From positions 1-63,703 of IMG/VR virus record IMGVR_UViG_3300046709_000146: a DNA stretch of 63,703 nucleotides; one strand, given 5' to 3'. The stretch is from a virus (Duplodnaviria; Caudoviricetes). A program made the translations under genes and the position numbers. Shown in pieces: positions 8,981 to 18,863 of the stretch (position 1 is the stretch's first letter; each line of letters starts with the position of its first letter). The notes beneath the pieces were generated by a model. That model searched no databases, had not been told where the DNA came from, and saw nothing but the letters and a program-made list of their open reading frames with translations.

Positions 8981-10554
8981 CAGGCTGCCTCCTCTTCCTC
9001 GTCGTCGTCGTCAGGCGGCGGCTCTTCCTCGTCGTCGTCTTCCGCATCGGCGGGGCGCGCGGTGAACGCGGCGGTGGCCGCTTCTTTGTCCTTCTGCGCC
9101 TGGTCAATCTCGTCCTCGATCTCGCTGTCGATGGTCAGCTTGGTGTCGCTGGCGAGACCGGGCAGGAGCTTCTGGACAAGGCGCTGCAGCATCTCGACCT
9201 TGGCCTGGCGCCCGATGCCGAGCGACAGCGCCGCCGTGACCTGCTCGAGCTCGTCGCCGAGCGCCGCGTCCGCGTAGCTCTCGTGCGCCGTGCACTCGAT
9301 GGCCTGCAGCTTGTCCTCTGCGATGTTGAGCCCGCGCCCGGTGATGATGAGCGTGTCGCGGTCGGCGCGCGCGACCGCCTGCGCGAGGCTTACGATCTGG
9401 ACGTTGGTCTTTTCGAACTCGACCTCCTTGCTCTGCGCGCTCGTGTTGACGCCGCTCGCCTTGGCGTACTCGACGCCGCTGATGCGGTAGATCTCGATGA
9501 TGGTGGCGGTGATGCGGGCCTCGAGCGTGCTCGCGATGGTCGGCGGCGGCGCGAGGTAGAACGGAACGACCTTGGCCTGGTCGCTGATGACGAGCCCCGT
9601 GCTGACGCCGCCCGTGCCCGTGTTGTTCGCAGCAGGAGCCGCGCCCGGCCAGACGAGCTGCGCGAAGACCTGACAGCGGATGTGCTCGTCCATCTCGCTG
9701 GTCAGGTTGAACAGGCGCCGACCCTCGAGCGCGATGTTGGCGTTGATGCTCTTGGCCTTGACGCTGTCCTCGACGCTCGTGTCTGCTCGCCACGACACGA
9801 TGGGCACCGCGCCGAACGGATGCGTGCCGCTCTCGGACGGGCCGACCGCATCGCCCGTCACCTCGTAGACGGTCCAGTCGGTGCGCGTCCAGATCGTGTA
9901 GCGCGTGGTGCGCACGGCATCCTGGTCCCATGCGGGCTTGTGCGTCGACGTGACGCCGACCTTCGCCCAGACGAATCCGCCCTGGTCGTCGAGCTCGTAG
10001 TCGAACAGGTGGCAGGGAAGGTTGAGCACGACGTACGGCTCGAGCTTGCCCGTCTGCTCGACCGTCAGGGCCTCGCGCGGCGCGCTCGGCATGTCGACCA
10101 GCAGCGGAAACCACCCGAGCACCGCCGTGACGAGCACGCGGCGCCTGAAGTCTTTGTCGTAGCCGGTGCGGTCAATCCACTCGAGCAGCTCGGGCGGGAC
10201 GTTGTTCCGCTTGTGCGGCTTACGCGTGATGTACCCGACCTTGATCGCGGTCGTCGGCTCGACGTAGTTCAGGTAGTGCGCGACGTCGACGCGCCGCTGG
10301 TACTTGATCGAGTCTTCCGCGTTGAAGCGGTCGAGGTAGCTGTGCGACGCCTCGACCGCGCTCTTGCTGAGCGTTGCGAACCTGCTGTAGGTCTGACTGA
10401 CGATGCCCCAGAATCCCGCGGCGTCTTGCTTGACGCGGCCGAGGTAGCCGCCTGCGCCGGTGTAGCTGTCGAGCAGGAACTGATGCCACTCTAGCTCGAG
10501 CGCGTAGCCCTCGCGCTTGGCCTCGAGTGCGTCTTTGGTGGATGCGAATGGCAT
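8980..10554 (-). CDS. Portal protein
   Basis: 524 aa from MPFASTKD; directly downstream of TerL; HPFGAVPIV motif; acidic tail. Confidence 0.85.
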   Translation of the reverse strand: MPFASTKDALEAKREGYALELEWHQFLLDSYTGAGGYLGRVKQDAAGFWGIVSQTYSRFATLSKSAVEASHSYLDRFNAEDSIKYQRRVDVAHYLNYVEPTTAIKVGYITRKPHKRNNVPPELLEWIDRTGYDKDFRRRVLVTAVLGWFPLLVDMPSAPREALTVEQTGKLEPYVVLNLPCHLFDYELDDQGGFVWAKVGVTSTHKPAWDQDAVRTTRYTIWTRTDWTVYEVTGDAVGPSESGTHPFGAVPIVSWRADTSVEDSVKAKSINANIALEGRRLFNLTSEMDEHIRCQVFAQLVWPGAAPAANNTGTGGVSTGLVISDQAKVVPFYLAPPPTIASTLEARITATIIEIYRISGVEYAKASGVNTSAQSKEVEFEKTNVQIVSLAQAVARADRDTLIITGRGLNIAEDKLQAIECTAHESYADAALGDELEQVTAALSLGIGRQAKVEMLQRLVQKLLPGLASDTKLTIDSEIEDEIDQAQKDKEAATAAFTARPADAEDDDEEEPPPDDDDEEEEAA

Positions 10555-10562
10555 GGTGTCTC

Positions 10563-11960
10563 CTAGAGTCCGGGCACGTAAAACGGGGTGGGCGTGACGC
10601 TCGTCGTCAGGTCGAGGAACACGCGCGAGGTGCCATCGACCTGGTCGTCCTTGACGCCTGGCGTGGGGAAGGCTTCGAGCTCGTTGAGGTACGACTCGTT
10701 CCAGTCGCCGCGCAGCAGCTTGACGTTGCCGCCCTCGGCCTGCGCGCTGACGGGCTTGGCATAGGTCTGCTTGTTCTCGGCGGCGACGACGATGCGCACG
10801 TCCCAGCCCGCGAGCTCGCGCAGGTAGCGCTCCGCCTCGCTCTTGCCTGCGGCGCCTGGGTCTTGCCAGAAGCACTGACGGCACTCTCGACCGTCGTCGC
10901 GCGTGGTCCGGTGCACGAGCTGGTCGACGGCGTAGGGCCGGTCGCGCAGGCTCTTGACGTCCTGCACGACGAACAGGCCCGAGGCGTGCCGCGAGGTCTT
11001 CACGCCGCGCGTCCAGTCAGGCTCCTTGTTCTCGGTGCTCGGCAGCGTCGCCGCAAGGTCCCAGCCACGGCTCAGGCCGATGACGTCGTGCGGCACGCGG
11101 TCGATGATCTCGAACCACGCGCGCTTGAACACCGTGCCGGCAGCGGGCCGTATCTTCCAGTTGCCGCCGAGCAGGCGCATGCGGTCGACGAGCGACAGCG
11201 CCATCAGCTTGGAGGCGTAGTCAGGGTCGCCCTTGGGGTTGTCGCTCAGCATCGCCGGAATGAACCGGAAGCTCTGCGGGCGACCGGCCTTCTGTCGCGC
11301 GAGCACGTGCGCACCGCGCTCGCGCACCTCGTCTGCCGTGTCGCCCCAGAGCAGCTCGTCGCCGTCGCGGACGAAGTATCGCTTGAGCCCCGCGCGCTCG
11401 GGCAGCGCGTAGCCGTCGTCGCCGATCCACCACCGGACCATCTTGGCGACCCAGCTGTCAGGGTCAGGGTTGCAGGTGAGGAAGCAGCGCGGTCGCATGC
11501 CGCACTGCGAGCGCAGGCGCGAGTAGAGATACCAGAACTGCACCTCCTCGAAGTGCGTGGCCTCCTCGAAGGCGAACTCGGAGAACTGCGCGCCCTGGTA
11601 GTCGATGACGTCCTTGGCGTGCTGCAGGCCGCGGAACTGCACGAGCGAGCGCGTGTTCGGAAAGCGCCACTCGTGCGTGCCGAGGTTCGGCCGCGCGTTC
11701 CACATCGGGTAGAGCGACAGCGACTCTTCCCAGATGCCGCCGCCCATCGTGACCTGCGGCATCTCGCGGCGGAAGATCGCGCCGTAGTAGCGCTCGTGTC
11801 GCGCAGCGTGCAGACCGAACCGGAACAGCGTCGCCCAGCTCTTGCCTCCGCCGGCGGCGCCGCCGGTCAGCGTGATGTCCGCGGACGAGGCGATGGCCTG
11901 CGTCTGCGGCCCAGCGTTGGGCCCGACGTGCACCTCCTCGACGGCGGCCTCGCTCGTCAC
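10563..11960 (-). CDS. terL: Terminase large subunit
   Basis: Walker A GGAAGGGKS, Walker B FAFEEATHF, TCNP, nuclease motifs GWDLA and DDQVD. Confidence 0.95.
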   Translation of the reverse strand: MTSEAAVEEVHVGPNAGPQTQAIASSADITLTGGAAGGGKSWATLFRFGLHAARHERYYGAIFRREMPQVTMGGGIWEESLSLYPMWNARPNLGTHEWRFPNTRSLVQFRGLQHAKDVIDYQGAQFSEFAFEEATHFEEVQFWYLYSRLRSQCGMRPRCFLTCNPDPDSWVAKMVRWWIGDDGYALPERAGLKRYFVRDGDELLWGDTADEVRERGAHVLARQKAGRPQSFRFIPAMLSDNPKGDPDYASKLMALSLVDRMRLLGGNWKIRPAAGTVFKRAWFEIIDRVPHDVIGLSRGWDLAATLPSTENKEPDWTRGVKTSRHASGLFVVQDVKSLRDRPYAVDQLVHRTTRDDGRECRQCFWQDPGAAGKSEAERYLRELAGWDVRIVVAAENKQTYAKPVSAQAEGGNVKLLRGDWNESYLNELEAFPTPGVKDDQVDGTSRVFLDLTTSVTPTPFYVPGL

Positions 11961-12178
11961 GGCGTCTCGCTTTCGAACAGGTCCGCAAAACAGCAGAGCT
12001 CGAGCTCCGTAGCCGAGCGGCCCAGCCTCTTCTCGAGCACTGCGCGGTCGCCGTCTGAGGGGCGCTTCGGCTGTGGCAGTCCGTGAGAGGCGCGGAGGAT
12101 GCGCGCTTCGCACGCAGCAGCGTAGACCATCACAGCGGTCGACTTCGGCCGGGCATATGGATGCTCGAGCTGCGTCAT
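11957..12178 (-). CDS. Hypothetical protein between terS and terL
   Basis: 73 aa from MTQLEHPY; start/stop overlaps on both sides. Confidence 0.55.
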   Translation of the reverse strand: MTQLEHPYARPKSTAVMVYAAACEARILRASHGLPQPKRPSDGDRAVLEKRLGRSATELELCCFADLFESETP

Positions 12179-12579
12179 GGCTCCTGCTCCTCGGGCTCGT
12201 CCTCGGGCACGTGCACGACGTAGCGGATGCCTGCGACGATCGGCCCGCCGTTGGGACCGCTCAGCTCGACGCGCTGCTTGTCGTTGTAGAGGTCTGGTCG
12301 GTGCGCGCGCAGCTGCTTGAAGATCGCATCGATGTTGCCGGCCTTGGCTGCGCGCATCGCCCAGAACGTGAGCGTCGTGTTGCGCTGCGATGCTGCCTGC
12401 TCGACGTCCACCCAGAGCGACGCGTACGGCTCGACGCCCTCCTTGGCTTCCGCCTTCCACCGGAAGAACGTCGTGCGCGAGACGCCCTCGACGCCGAACG
12501 CATCGAGCTCGTCGATGCCTGCCTTGATGAGCTGGCAGACGCGCGCGTGCAGGTCTTCGTTGTAGAGGTTCTTGCTCAT
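12175..12579 (-). CDS. terS: Terminase small subunit
   Basis: N-terminal HTH (GVSRTTFFRW); C-terminal VELSGPNGGPI; upstream of terL. Confidence 0.8.
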   Translation of the reverse strand: MSKNLYNEDLHARVCQLIKAGIDELDAFGVEGVSRTTFFRWKAEAKEGVEPYASLWVDVEQAASQRNTTLTFWAMRAAKAGNIDAIFKQLRAHRPDLYNDKQRVELSGPNGGPIVAGIRYVVHVPEDEPEEQEP

Positions 12580-13142
12580 GGCACGTGTGGGCAGTGGGAC
12601 TGCGTTGGTGGTGCTGCGTCATAAGGCGCCGCGTCTGCGTGAATCAGTCCCGCAGCTGCGCGCGCAGCGGCGCGCGCCTCGGCGGCAGCGGCGCGCGCAG
12701 CGGCGCGCGCCTCGGCGCGGCGGAAGCGGTCGAACAGCTCGAACATGCCGATGAGAAAGTCCTCCGGCTCGAGCGCGATGCCGAGCTCGGTCTCGAGCGC
12801 GCTCGGCGTGAACTCAGCGAGGATGGCCTCGAACCCGAGGCGCAGCTTCTCGAGCGCCTCGACCTCGACGTAGCTCACGTTCGACTGCGAGATGCCCATC
12901 AGCTGCGCGACCTGCCACTGCGCGAGGCCGCCTGGATGCGCGGCCGTCACGAACCACGCCGCGTCGTCGTCCGTCCACGACGCAAGCTCCCAGCTGAGCG
13001 CACCAGGATGCCCGGCCGGAATGCGCGCACGACGCGCTGCGCCGCGCGCGACGACTGCGCGCACGCTCGTCAGCTGCTCGCGCGAGACGCGGAGCTTGCG
13101 CGATGGCGGGCGGCGTCGAGTCGCTGGACAGGACGCCATCAT
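12576..13142 (-). CDS. Sigma-70 region-4-like HTH protein, possible late regulator
   Basis: GLAQWQVAQLMGISQSNVSYVEVEALEKLR; just upstream of terminase. Confidence 0.6.
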   Translation of the reverse strand: MMASCPATRRRPPSRKLRVSREQLTSVRAVVARGAARRARIPAGHPGALSWELASWTDDDAAWFVTAAHPGGLAQWQVAQLMGISQSNVSYVEVEALEKLRLGFEAILAEFTPSALETELGIALEPEDFLIGMFELFDRFRRAEARAAARAAAAEARAAARAAAGLIHADAAPYDAAPPTQSHCPHVP

Positions 13143-13311
13143 GGCGAGACTCGCTTGCGGTAGTCGCGTGCGCGCTTGCGCGCCTTGCGCTTGACGCTCT
13201 TGCGCGCCTGGTCGGCGAGGCGACGCTGCTTGGCGTCGTACTCGCGGCGCGCGAGCGCCTCGACGCGCAGCTGCTCGCGCTCCAGCGGGGAGAGTGAGTG
13301 CTGCGCGCCGC

Positions 13312-13602
13312 TCACTGGGCGAGCTCCTGCTGCGCCTTGGCGAGGTCGATCATGCGCCCGATGAGGTCGAGCTCCTGCTCGCTCACGAACAGCTCACGCT
13401 GCGCGACGTCGAGCTCGGCCTGGCGCGCCTTGACGCGCACCTTGCTCGTCTCGACCACGTTCTGCTTGCTCTGATAGCGCAGCTCGAGGCGCTCGAGCTC
13501 CGTGCGTCGGTGGACGCGCTTGGGAGGCGGCGCCTTGTCGATGCTCTGGTCGGGCTCGGTGCCGGTCAGGGGTACGTCGCTGGTCGTCTCGATGTCTGTC
13601 AT
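13312..13602 (-). CDS. Coiled-coil hypothetical protein
   Basis: 96 aa with heptad pattern. Confidence 0.55.
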   Translation of the reverse strand: MTDIETTSDVPLTGTEPDQSIDKAPPPKRVHRRTELERLELRYQSKQNVVETSKVRVKARQAELDVAQRELFVSEQELDLIGRMIDLAKAQQELAQ

Positions 13603-13650
13603 GGTCTGCTGGTCCTTTGCGTGTGCTGGCGGTGCGTCGTCGTGCGCGGC

Positions 13651-14112
13651 TTACTGCAGGCCGCCGCGAAACAGGTCGTCGTCTGCGTCGTCCTCGTCGT
13701 CGTCTTTGTTGGTCTGCTCGAGGCGCCTCGAGCGCGGCGTCTTGGGAGGCGAGCAGCTGGTGCCGTCCGGGTAGACGATGGTCTCCTGCCGCTCCTCGGG
13801 GCGCATGCGGCGCGAGCGGATGACCTCGTTGATGTCGGTGCGCACGGTGTCGACCTGACCGTTCTCGTAGTCGGGCACTTCCTTGCACTCGATGTCGCGC
13901 CACTCCTTGCCCTCGCGTAGCTGCCGTCCGACGTCATCGGCGCGCTCTTCGGCGGCGGCGAGCTTCTGCTTGATGTCGTCGCAGAACGACTTCTTCTCGA
14001 GCTCGAGCTTGTGCGTGGTGAGCAGAAGCTGCGCGAGCTCCTCGCCACGGATCAACTTCTCGTCTTGCGTGAGCAGGCACTGCAGCGACTCGGTGAACAC
14101 GGTGGCTTGCAT
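13651..14112 (-). CDS. Hypothetical protein
   Basis: 153 aa from MQATVFTES; coiled coil plus acidic tail. Confidence 0.6.
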   Translation of the reverse strand: MQATVFTESLQCLLTQDEKLIRGEELAQLLLTTHKLELEKKSFCDDIKQKLAAAEERADDVGRQLREGKEWRDIECKEVPDYENGQVDTVRTDINEVIRSRRMRPEERQETIVYPDGTSCSPPKTPRSRRLEQTNKDDDEDDADDDLFRGGLQ

Positions 14113-14305
14113 CAGTCGTCTCCCTTGGTCTCGGCCGCGCTGTCGCGCGGGATGCTCTCGAGGACGCGCGCGAGCTCGTGCAGCGCCGTGCGCTGGTAGG
14201 TCGGCACGCGGTACATGGCGAAGTCGAGCTCGCTGCGGCCTCGGTGCGCGAGCACGTCGGCCGCGTGCCGGTCTGCCTGGCTGAGCGGTACGCGTCGCAG
14301 TGCCA

Positions 14306-14581
14306 TCAGACCACCTCCTCGAGGCAGGGCGGCAGCGCGTCTGCAAGGGCGAGCAGCTCGGCAGCGGCGAGCAGCTCCGAGGGTCTGCACTCGAGCGCGC
14401 GTGCGTAACGCTCGAGCGTCTCGAGCGAGACGACGTGCCGCGAGCTCTCGGCGCGCGACACAAGCGTGCGCGGCGTGTCGACGCGCTCGGCCAGGTCGCG
14501 CTGCGAGAGCCCGAGCGCTTCGCGACGCTGGCGAATCACAGGCCCGATGCACAGGCAGACTTCTTTGACGGCGTCGCTCAT
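14306..14581 (-). CDS. XRE-family HTH regulator
   Basis: IRQRREALGLSQRDLAERV...SLETLERYARAL. Confidence 0.85.
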   Translation of the reverse strand: MSDAVKEVCLCIGPVIRQRREALGLSQRDLAERVDTPRTLVSRAESSRHVVSLETLERYARALECRPSELLAAAELLALADALPPCLEEVV

Positions 14582-15198
14582 GCGGACCTGCGCTTGCCGA
14601 GCTCGAGCTCGCGTTTCTTGGCCCAGCGAAACAGACCGTCGACGGCGCCCCATTGCGCGATCGCCATCGCCTCGGCCTCGTTGTCGTCGGTGACGGGCGC
14701 GCCTGCGACGACGGTCGCCCAGAACATCGCGGACTGCTTGCACGCCGCGGTCGGCAGGTTGATGCGCAGGCCCATCACGCGGCGCCATTCCTTCGGCTCG
14801 ACGAGCATGCGCTGCGACTTGGGGTGCTGGAGTATCTCGAGCAGCATGCGCCAGCCGCCGCGCGCATCGCCCATGCCGAGGATGGTCTCGACGTTCACGC
14901 CCTGGCGCGCAGGGATGTGGCGGTGGTCCTCGAACAGCACGAGCAGCCGGCTCACGTCAAAGCCGCGCAGCTTGCGCAGGGCGCGTAGCGCCGCCTGCTG
15001 CTGCTCTGCTGTCGTCGTGTAGCCGTGCAGCACGAAGCGGCTGAGGTCGTGTACGGCCCAGCCGCTGCGCTGCGCCTGGTCGATGCCGAGCACGTAGCAA
15101 GGCTCGTCCGTGCCGTGCGAGAGCAGGTGCCGCGCACGCTCGCGCGACGGGCCGTGCTCGTGCGGCCAGGGCTGCGGCACCGGGCGCTGCTCGCTCAT
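14578..15198 (-). CDS. RuvC-like Holliday junction resolvase
   Basis: VLGIDQ...GWAV, LFED, DDNEAEA.AIA acidic motifs. Confidence 0.75.
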   Translation of the reverse strand: MSEQRPVPQPWPHEHGPSRERARHLLSHGTDEPCYVLGIDQAQRSGWAVHDLSRFVLHGYTTTAEQQQAALRALRKLRGFDVSRLLVLFEDHRHIPARQGVNVETILGMGDARGGWRMLLEILQHPKSQRMLVEPKEWRRVMGLRINLPTAACKQSAMFWATVVAGAPVTDDNEAEAMAIAQWGAVDGLFRWAKKRELELGKRRSA

Positions 15199-15698
15199 AC
15201 GTACCTCCACGCACGGGGCAGCAAGTCGTAGCGACGCGTGACCTGCACGGTCCACGTGCGCAGGTCGATGGCCGGCGCGGGCGGCTCGATGCGCCAGGCG
15301 AGGGCGAGGTGCGAGGCAAGGCGAGAGAGCATGCCCTCGATGCGGTCGAGCGTGGACGTGTCGGTCGTGCGGTCGCTGAGCTTGCAGAGCGTGCGCACCG
15401 TCGAGCAGAGCACGGCGAGGCGCTGCGCGCTGAGCGCCTCGAGCTCGGTCACCTGCGCGCGGTAGCCGCCGAGCGCGAGCGAAAACTCCGCGTTGGGCAG
15501 ACTCGCCTCGACCTGCGCGAACGTCTTGTCCTCGAGCACGTACGGGCGCGCCGGGAAGCGCGCCGGGTGATACGCGCCGGTGCTGAGCACGTCGCACAGC
15601 TCGAGCGCGAGCTTGAACAGCACGAGGTCGCGCTCGGCGTGCGTGCTCTTGACCAGCTCGCACGCGAGCTCCATCGGGTCGGGTCGTGCGTCACGCAT
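15195..15698 (-). CDS. Hypothetical protein
   Basis: 167 aa from MRDARPD; overlapping start/stop codons. Confidence 0.5.
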   Translation of the reverse strand: MRDARPDPMELACELVKSTHAERDLVLFKLALELCDVLSTGAYHPARFPARPYVLEDKTFAQVEASLPNAEFSLALGGYRAQVTELEALSAQRLAVLCSTVRTLCKLSDRTTDTSTLDRIEGMLSRLASHLALAWRIEPPAPAIDLRTWTVQVTRRYDLLPRAWRYV

Positions 15699-16707
15699 GC
15701 GAGCCCCCGCCGTTGAGCGCGCGTAGCTCCGCCTGGATGGCGTCGTAGCGGTCGAGGTCGCCTGCGCGCATCGCCTCCATGCCCTTGCGCGAGAGCGCGT
15801 CGCTCGGCGACAAGCGCGGCACGCCGCCCTCGGTCTGGTCGAGCACCTCGCCGAACGCCTGCGCAAAGCACTGCACCGGGGCGCGCAGCTCGCGCGCATT
15901 GCGCTCGCCCTTCGCCCAGCGCTCGAGCGTGGTGGTGAGCAGCTCGGCCGGCGCGACGCGACGCTGCGCCGCCGTGTCGGTCACGCGCTCGGCCAGCTCG
16001 ACGAGCTTGTCCTCGGCAGGCATGGGCGGGTCGGCGCGGTCGGCGCGCATCCAGGTCGAGCGGAACAGCCCGCGCAGCTGCGTCGCGGTCAGGGTCTCGT
16101 CTGGGCTCCGGGTCTCGCTCTCCCCAGGAGGCGAAGCCGTCGAGCGCGCGCGCGCATGCGGGGAGAGCGCGCCCGCGCTCTCTCTTAATTCTGCTCCTGA
16201 TCCTGATCCTGATCCTGATCCTGAATTGGCACTCCCTTGTGACCCCCTTTGAAGGGGCTTGGGACGGGCTCTTGTTTTGGGCTGCGCGACAGGCGCTGGC
16301 CTGTCCTCAAACAGGGCTGCGTAGCGTTCGACGAACGCGTCGTAGAACGGGCACTTGGCGTGCCGCTCGAGCTCTCGCCTGATGCCGAGCACGCGGTTGT
16401 CGGCGTGGCTCGGGTTGCTCCCGACGCTCTCGCGCGCCGCGTTGAGCACCCAGACGTACGAAGTCGGCTCGTCGTAGACCGCGAAGTCGACCTCCGAAAG
16501 GCTCCGAAGCCCCTCGAGAGCCCCCTCCAAGGGCATCCCGAGGTCGTGGCAGAGCAGGGGAAGGGGCAGGTAGAACAGCCCCGCCATGTTGCTGCTCGAG
16601 CACGTGAGCAGATAGAACTGCACGCGCTGCGCGTTGGCGTTGCCGCGCAAGAGACGCCCGGTCTCGCCTGTCCAGAGCGTCGGCCTGACCTGCGCGTAGT
16701 CTCTCAT
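15691..16707 (-). CDS. Phage replication initiator 1
   Basis: MRDYAQVRPTLWTG...FYLLTC..SNMAGLFYLP N-terminus as in lambdoid initiators; internal (TCAGGA)n Gly-Ser linker; downstream of cro-like gene. Confidence 0.75.
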   Translation of the reverse strand: MRDYAQVRPTLWTGETGRLLRGNANAQRVQFYLLTCSSSNMAGLFYLPLPLLCHDLGMPLEGALEGLRSLSEVDFAVYDEPTSYVWVLNAARESVGSNPSHADNRVLGIRRELERHAKCPFYDAFVERYAALFEDRPAPVAQPKTRARPKPLQRGSQGSANSGSGSGSGSGAELRESAGALSPHARARSTASPPGESETRSPDETLTATQLRGLFRSTWMRADRADPPMPAEDKLVELAERVTDTAAQRRVAPAELLTTTLERWAKGERNARELRAPVQCFAQAFGEVLDQTEGGVPRLSPSDALSRKGMEAMRAGDLDRYDAIQAELRALNGGGSHA

Positions 16708-17162
16708 CGCGCCGACTCCACAGCGCGCGTGCTGCCGAGCGCGAGCACCGCGTCAAAGCCGAGCGCGTCCGAGTCGCTGCGATAGTCCGCCAGCGAGGTG
16801 AGCGCGCACGACGCGGCGTGCAGACCGCTCACGATGACGTCGTACCTGCGCTCGACGTGAAAGCGCTGCGCCAGCGCGTAGCCGAACGCGATCGCTGCGT
16901 CGTGCTCGCGCTCGGTCGGCCAGAGCAGCCAGAACACGCGCGCACTGCGCAGCGCGCGATGGTGGTGCAGCACGTCGAGCGCTTGCACGTGCGAGAGCGA
17001 GCGCGCGTCGGGCGCTCGCTCTGCGCTGTCCCACCAGCGGTCTGCGAGCACGAGACTGCGCGAGCGCGAGATGGCGTCGGCCCACTTGCGCAGGCGCCCG
17101 AGCTCGGCGCGCGCGCCCGCAACGTACACGACGACCGGCATGCTCGAGCTCCTGTGGTTCAT
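16704..17162 (-). CDS. Hypothetical protein, possibly nucleoside deoxyribosyltransferase-like fold
   Basis: VVVYVAG start and FGYALA segment; weak resemblance only. Confidence 0.4.
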   Translation of the reverse strand: MNHRSSSMPVVVYVAGARAELGRLRKWADAISRSRSLVLADRWWDSAERAPDARSLSHVQALDVLHHHRALRSARVFWLLWPTEREHDAAIAFGYALAQRFHVERRYDVIVSGLHAASCALTSLADYRSDSDALGFDAVLALGSTRAVESAR

Positions 17163-17386
17163 GCGGCGCGCGCCTCGCCATCGCCCGTAATGAGCCAGGC
17201 GCGCGACACGCGCAGAAAGTCCGCGACTTGCTCGAGCGACTCGAGCGATGCGCGGTGCGTGCCGGTCTCCCAGCGGTAGACCGTGCGCGTACCGATGCCG
17301 AGCGCAGCAGCCAGCTCGACAACGCGCAGCCCCGCAAGCTTGCGCGCATGCCGAATGCGCCTGCCGATGTCCCCTCGGGTCTGCAT
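17159..17386 (-). CDS. Cro-like XRE regulator
   Basis: IGRRIRHARKLAGL...TVYRWETG...VSRAWLITG; first gene of the leftward run. Confidence 0.85.
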   Translation of the reverse strand: MQTRGDIGRRIRHARKLAGLRVVELAAALGIGTRTVYRWETGTHRASLESLEQVADFLRVSRAWLITGDGEARAA

Positions 17387-17400
17387 GACCCGGCAGAGTA

Positions 17401-17491
17401 TGTACACGTCGTGTGCACGCGATCTAGCGCTTGCGAACACGCACGTGCACTTTGTGGCGCCTGTCGCGTAGACTTGGACACGCCATGTACA
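17401..17491. promoter_or_regulatory. Candidate operators TGTACACG-N-CGTGTACA (17401-17417, 17475-17491)
   Basis: Near-palindromes between divergent HTH genes, matching the perfect palindrome at 18541-18561. Confidence 0.7.
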
Positions 17492-18003
17492 AACGACCTG
17501 CCGCCCCCGAGTCCGAAAGCCTGCCCGAGCGCCTCGACCGCCTGCGCATCGAGACGGGCTACCCGTCTCAGCGCGCGCTAGGCCGCGCCATGGGCGTCAG
17601 CTCGCGGGCCGTGCACCGCAACATCACGCTCGGCATGGAGCCGCGCGACGACATGCTCGAGGCGTACGCCCGCGCGTTCTGCTGCTCGGTGCACTACCTG
17701 CGACACGGCCGCGAGGAGGAGCGCACGCCCCCCGCTGTGGAGCAATACCTGGCAGAGCAAGGGCCGCACTGTCCGCCCGCCGTCGCGCTACGGCTGCGGC
17801 GCATCCAGTGGAGTCTGCTGACCGCAGGCCAGGTTGACAAAAATGATGTGCACCAGCTCCGACTGCTGATTGACGCGAACCTGACACGGCGAGCAAGCTC
17901 ACTTGATGACTCAGGTGGGGGACAGGTACAGGCAGTCAGTGGCGACATACCTCGCCAAACGGGGACACGGAACAAGCAACGCGGTCGCCGCGACGCTGTT
18001 TGA
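17485..18003 (+). CDS. CI-like HTH repressor
   Basis: LDRLRIETGYPSQRALGRAMGVSSRAV...SVHYLRHG; divergent from cro-like gene. Confidence 0.7.
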   Translation: MYKRPAAPESESLPERLDRLRIETGYPSQRALGRAMGVSSRAVHRNITLGMEPRDDMLEAYARAFCCSVHYLRHGREEERTPPAVEQYLAEQGPHCPPAVALRLRRIQWSLLTAGQVDKNDVHQLRLLIDANLTRRASSLDDSGGGQVQAVSGDIPRQTGTRNKQRGRRDAV

Positions 18004-18352
18004 GATTTCTCCTGACGACTTCGGGTTATGCGAGGACGCACCCGCCGACGAGACGCAGCTCGCGCAGCTAACCGCGTACTGCGAGCGCATGCGCGCCAAG
18101 CCCGCCAACGACACGGCGTACCCGGCCGCCGCCGTTGCGCGCGCCCCAGCGCCTGCGCACGACGCGGGCACGAGCTACGCAGCGCCTCGCCTCGGCGCGG
18201 AGCTCGCGCGCCTGCTCGACGCCGCGATGCGCGCGCACGGCCTGCGCAAGTGCGAGCAGGAGCCCGACGAGCTGCGCGTGCGGCGCACGCAGCGCTGGCT
18301 CTCGGGCAGCTACACGACCGTGCGCGTGTACCGCATCGCCGTGATGCGCTGA
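17903..18352 (+). CDS. Hypothetical protein
   Basis: 149-aa ORF overlapping the repressor 3' end; start uncertain. Confidence 0.4.
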   Translation: MMTQVGDRYRQSVATYLAKRGHGTSNAVAATLFEISPDDFGLCEDAPADETQLAQLTAYCERMRAKPANDTAYPAAAVARAPAPAHDAGTSYAAPRLGAELARLLDAAMRAHGLRKCEQEPDELRVRRTQRWLSGSYTTVRVYRIAVMR

Positions 18353-18540
18353 CGCTGTAACGTGACGCCCTCAGCATAACGGCGATCGCCGCGTCCTCGG
18401 GGCCGGGGCGATCGCCCGCTGGCCACACGCCGCGCCGCGCGCGCCCTCGCGTTCTGCGCGCATTTCACGCGAAAGCTGCAGCCCGTGGGGCTCGCGGGAT
18501 GGGCGCCTGCGCCCTTTTCGCTAGCGCCACTGCCGTTCGT

Positions 18541-18561
18541 TGTGTACACGTCGTGTACACA
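18541..18561. promoter_or_regulatory. Perfect 21-bp palindromic operator candidate
   Basis: tgtgtacacg-t-cgtgtacaca abutting the start of the rightward early operon. Confidence 0.75.
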
Positions 18562-18863
18562 TGCAAACGCCGCTTTACGAGACCTCGGACGACCCGCGCG
18601 TCTACCGCCGCGAGCAGCAGCGCGCCGCCTCCGGACGCGTGCTGATCGAGCTGCTGACCCGCGCGACAGGCGCGTGCTTCCCGCGCGAGGCCGTCGTCAT
18701 CGACGACTACGCAGACGGCCGCGAGCGCGTGCTCGCGCACTTCGCTTCGATTGCACGCGAGGGCCGCGCCGCCTGGGCTGAGCGCTGGCAGCCGAGCAAG
18801 CTCCTGCTGCGCGCGCTCGACAAGCGCGGCCTGAGCTGGGCGGACGTCGAGGCGCGGCTATGA
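18561..18863 (+). CDS. Hypothetical early protein
   Basis: MQTPLYETS...; first gene after the operator. Confidence 0.55.
   Translation: MQTPLYETSDDPRVYRREQQRAASGRVLIELLTRATGACFPREAVVIDDYADGRERVLAHFASIAREGRAAWAERWQPSKLLLRALDKRGLSWADVEARL

Noticed and set aside
16195-16224. (TCCTGA)n microsatellite as a phase-variation tract
   Set aside because: In-frame 6-bp unit encoding a Gly-Ser linker; length change would not shift the frame.
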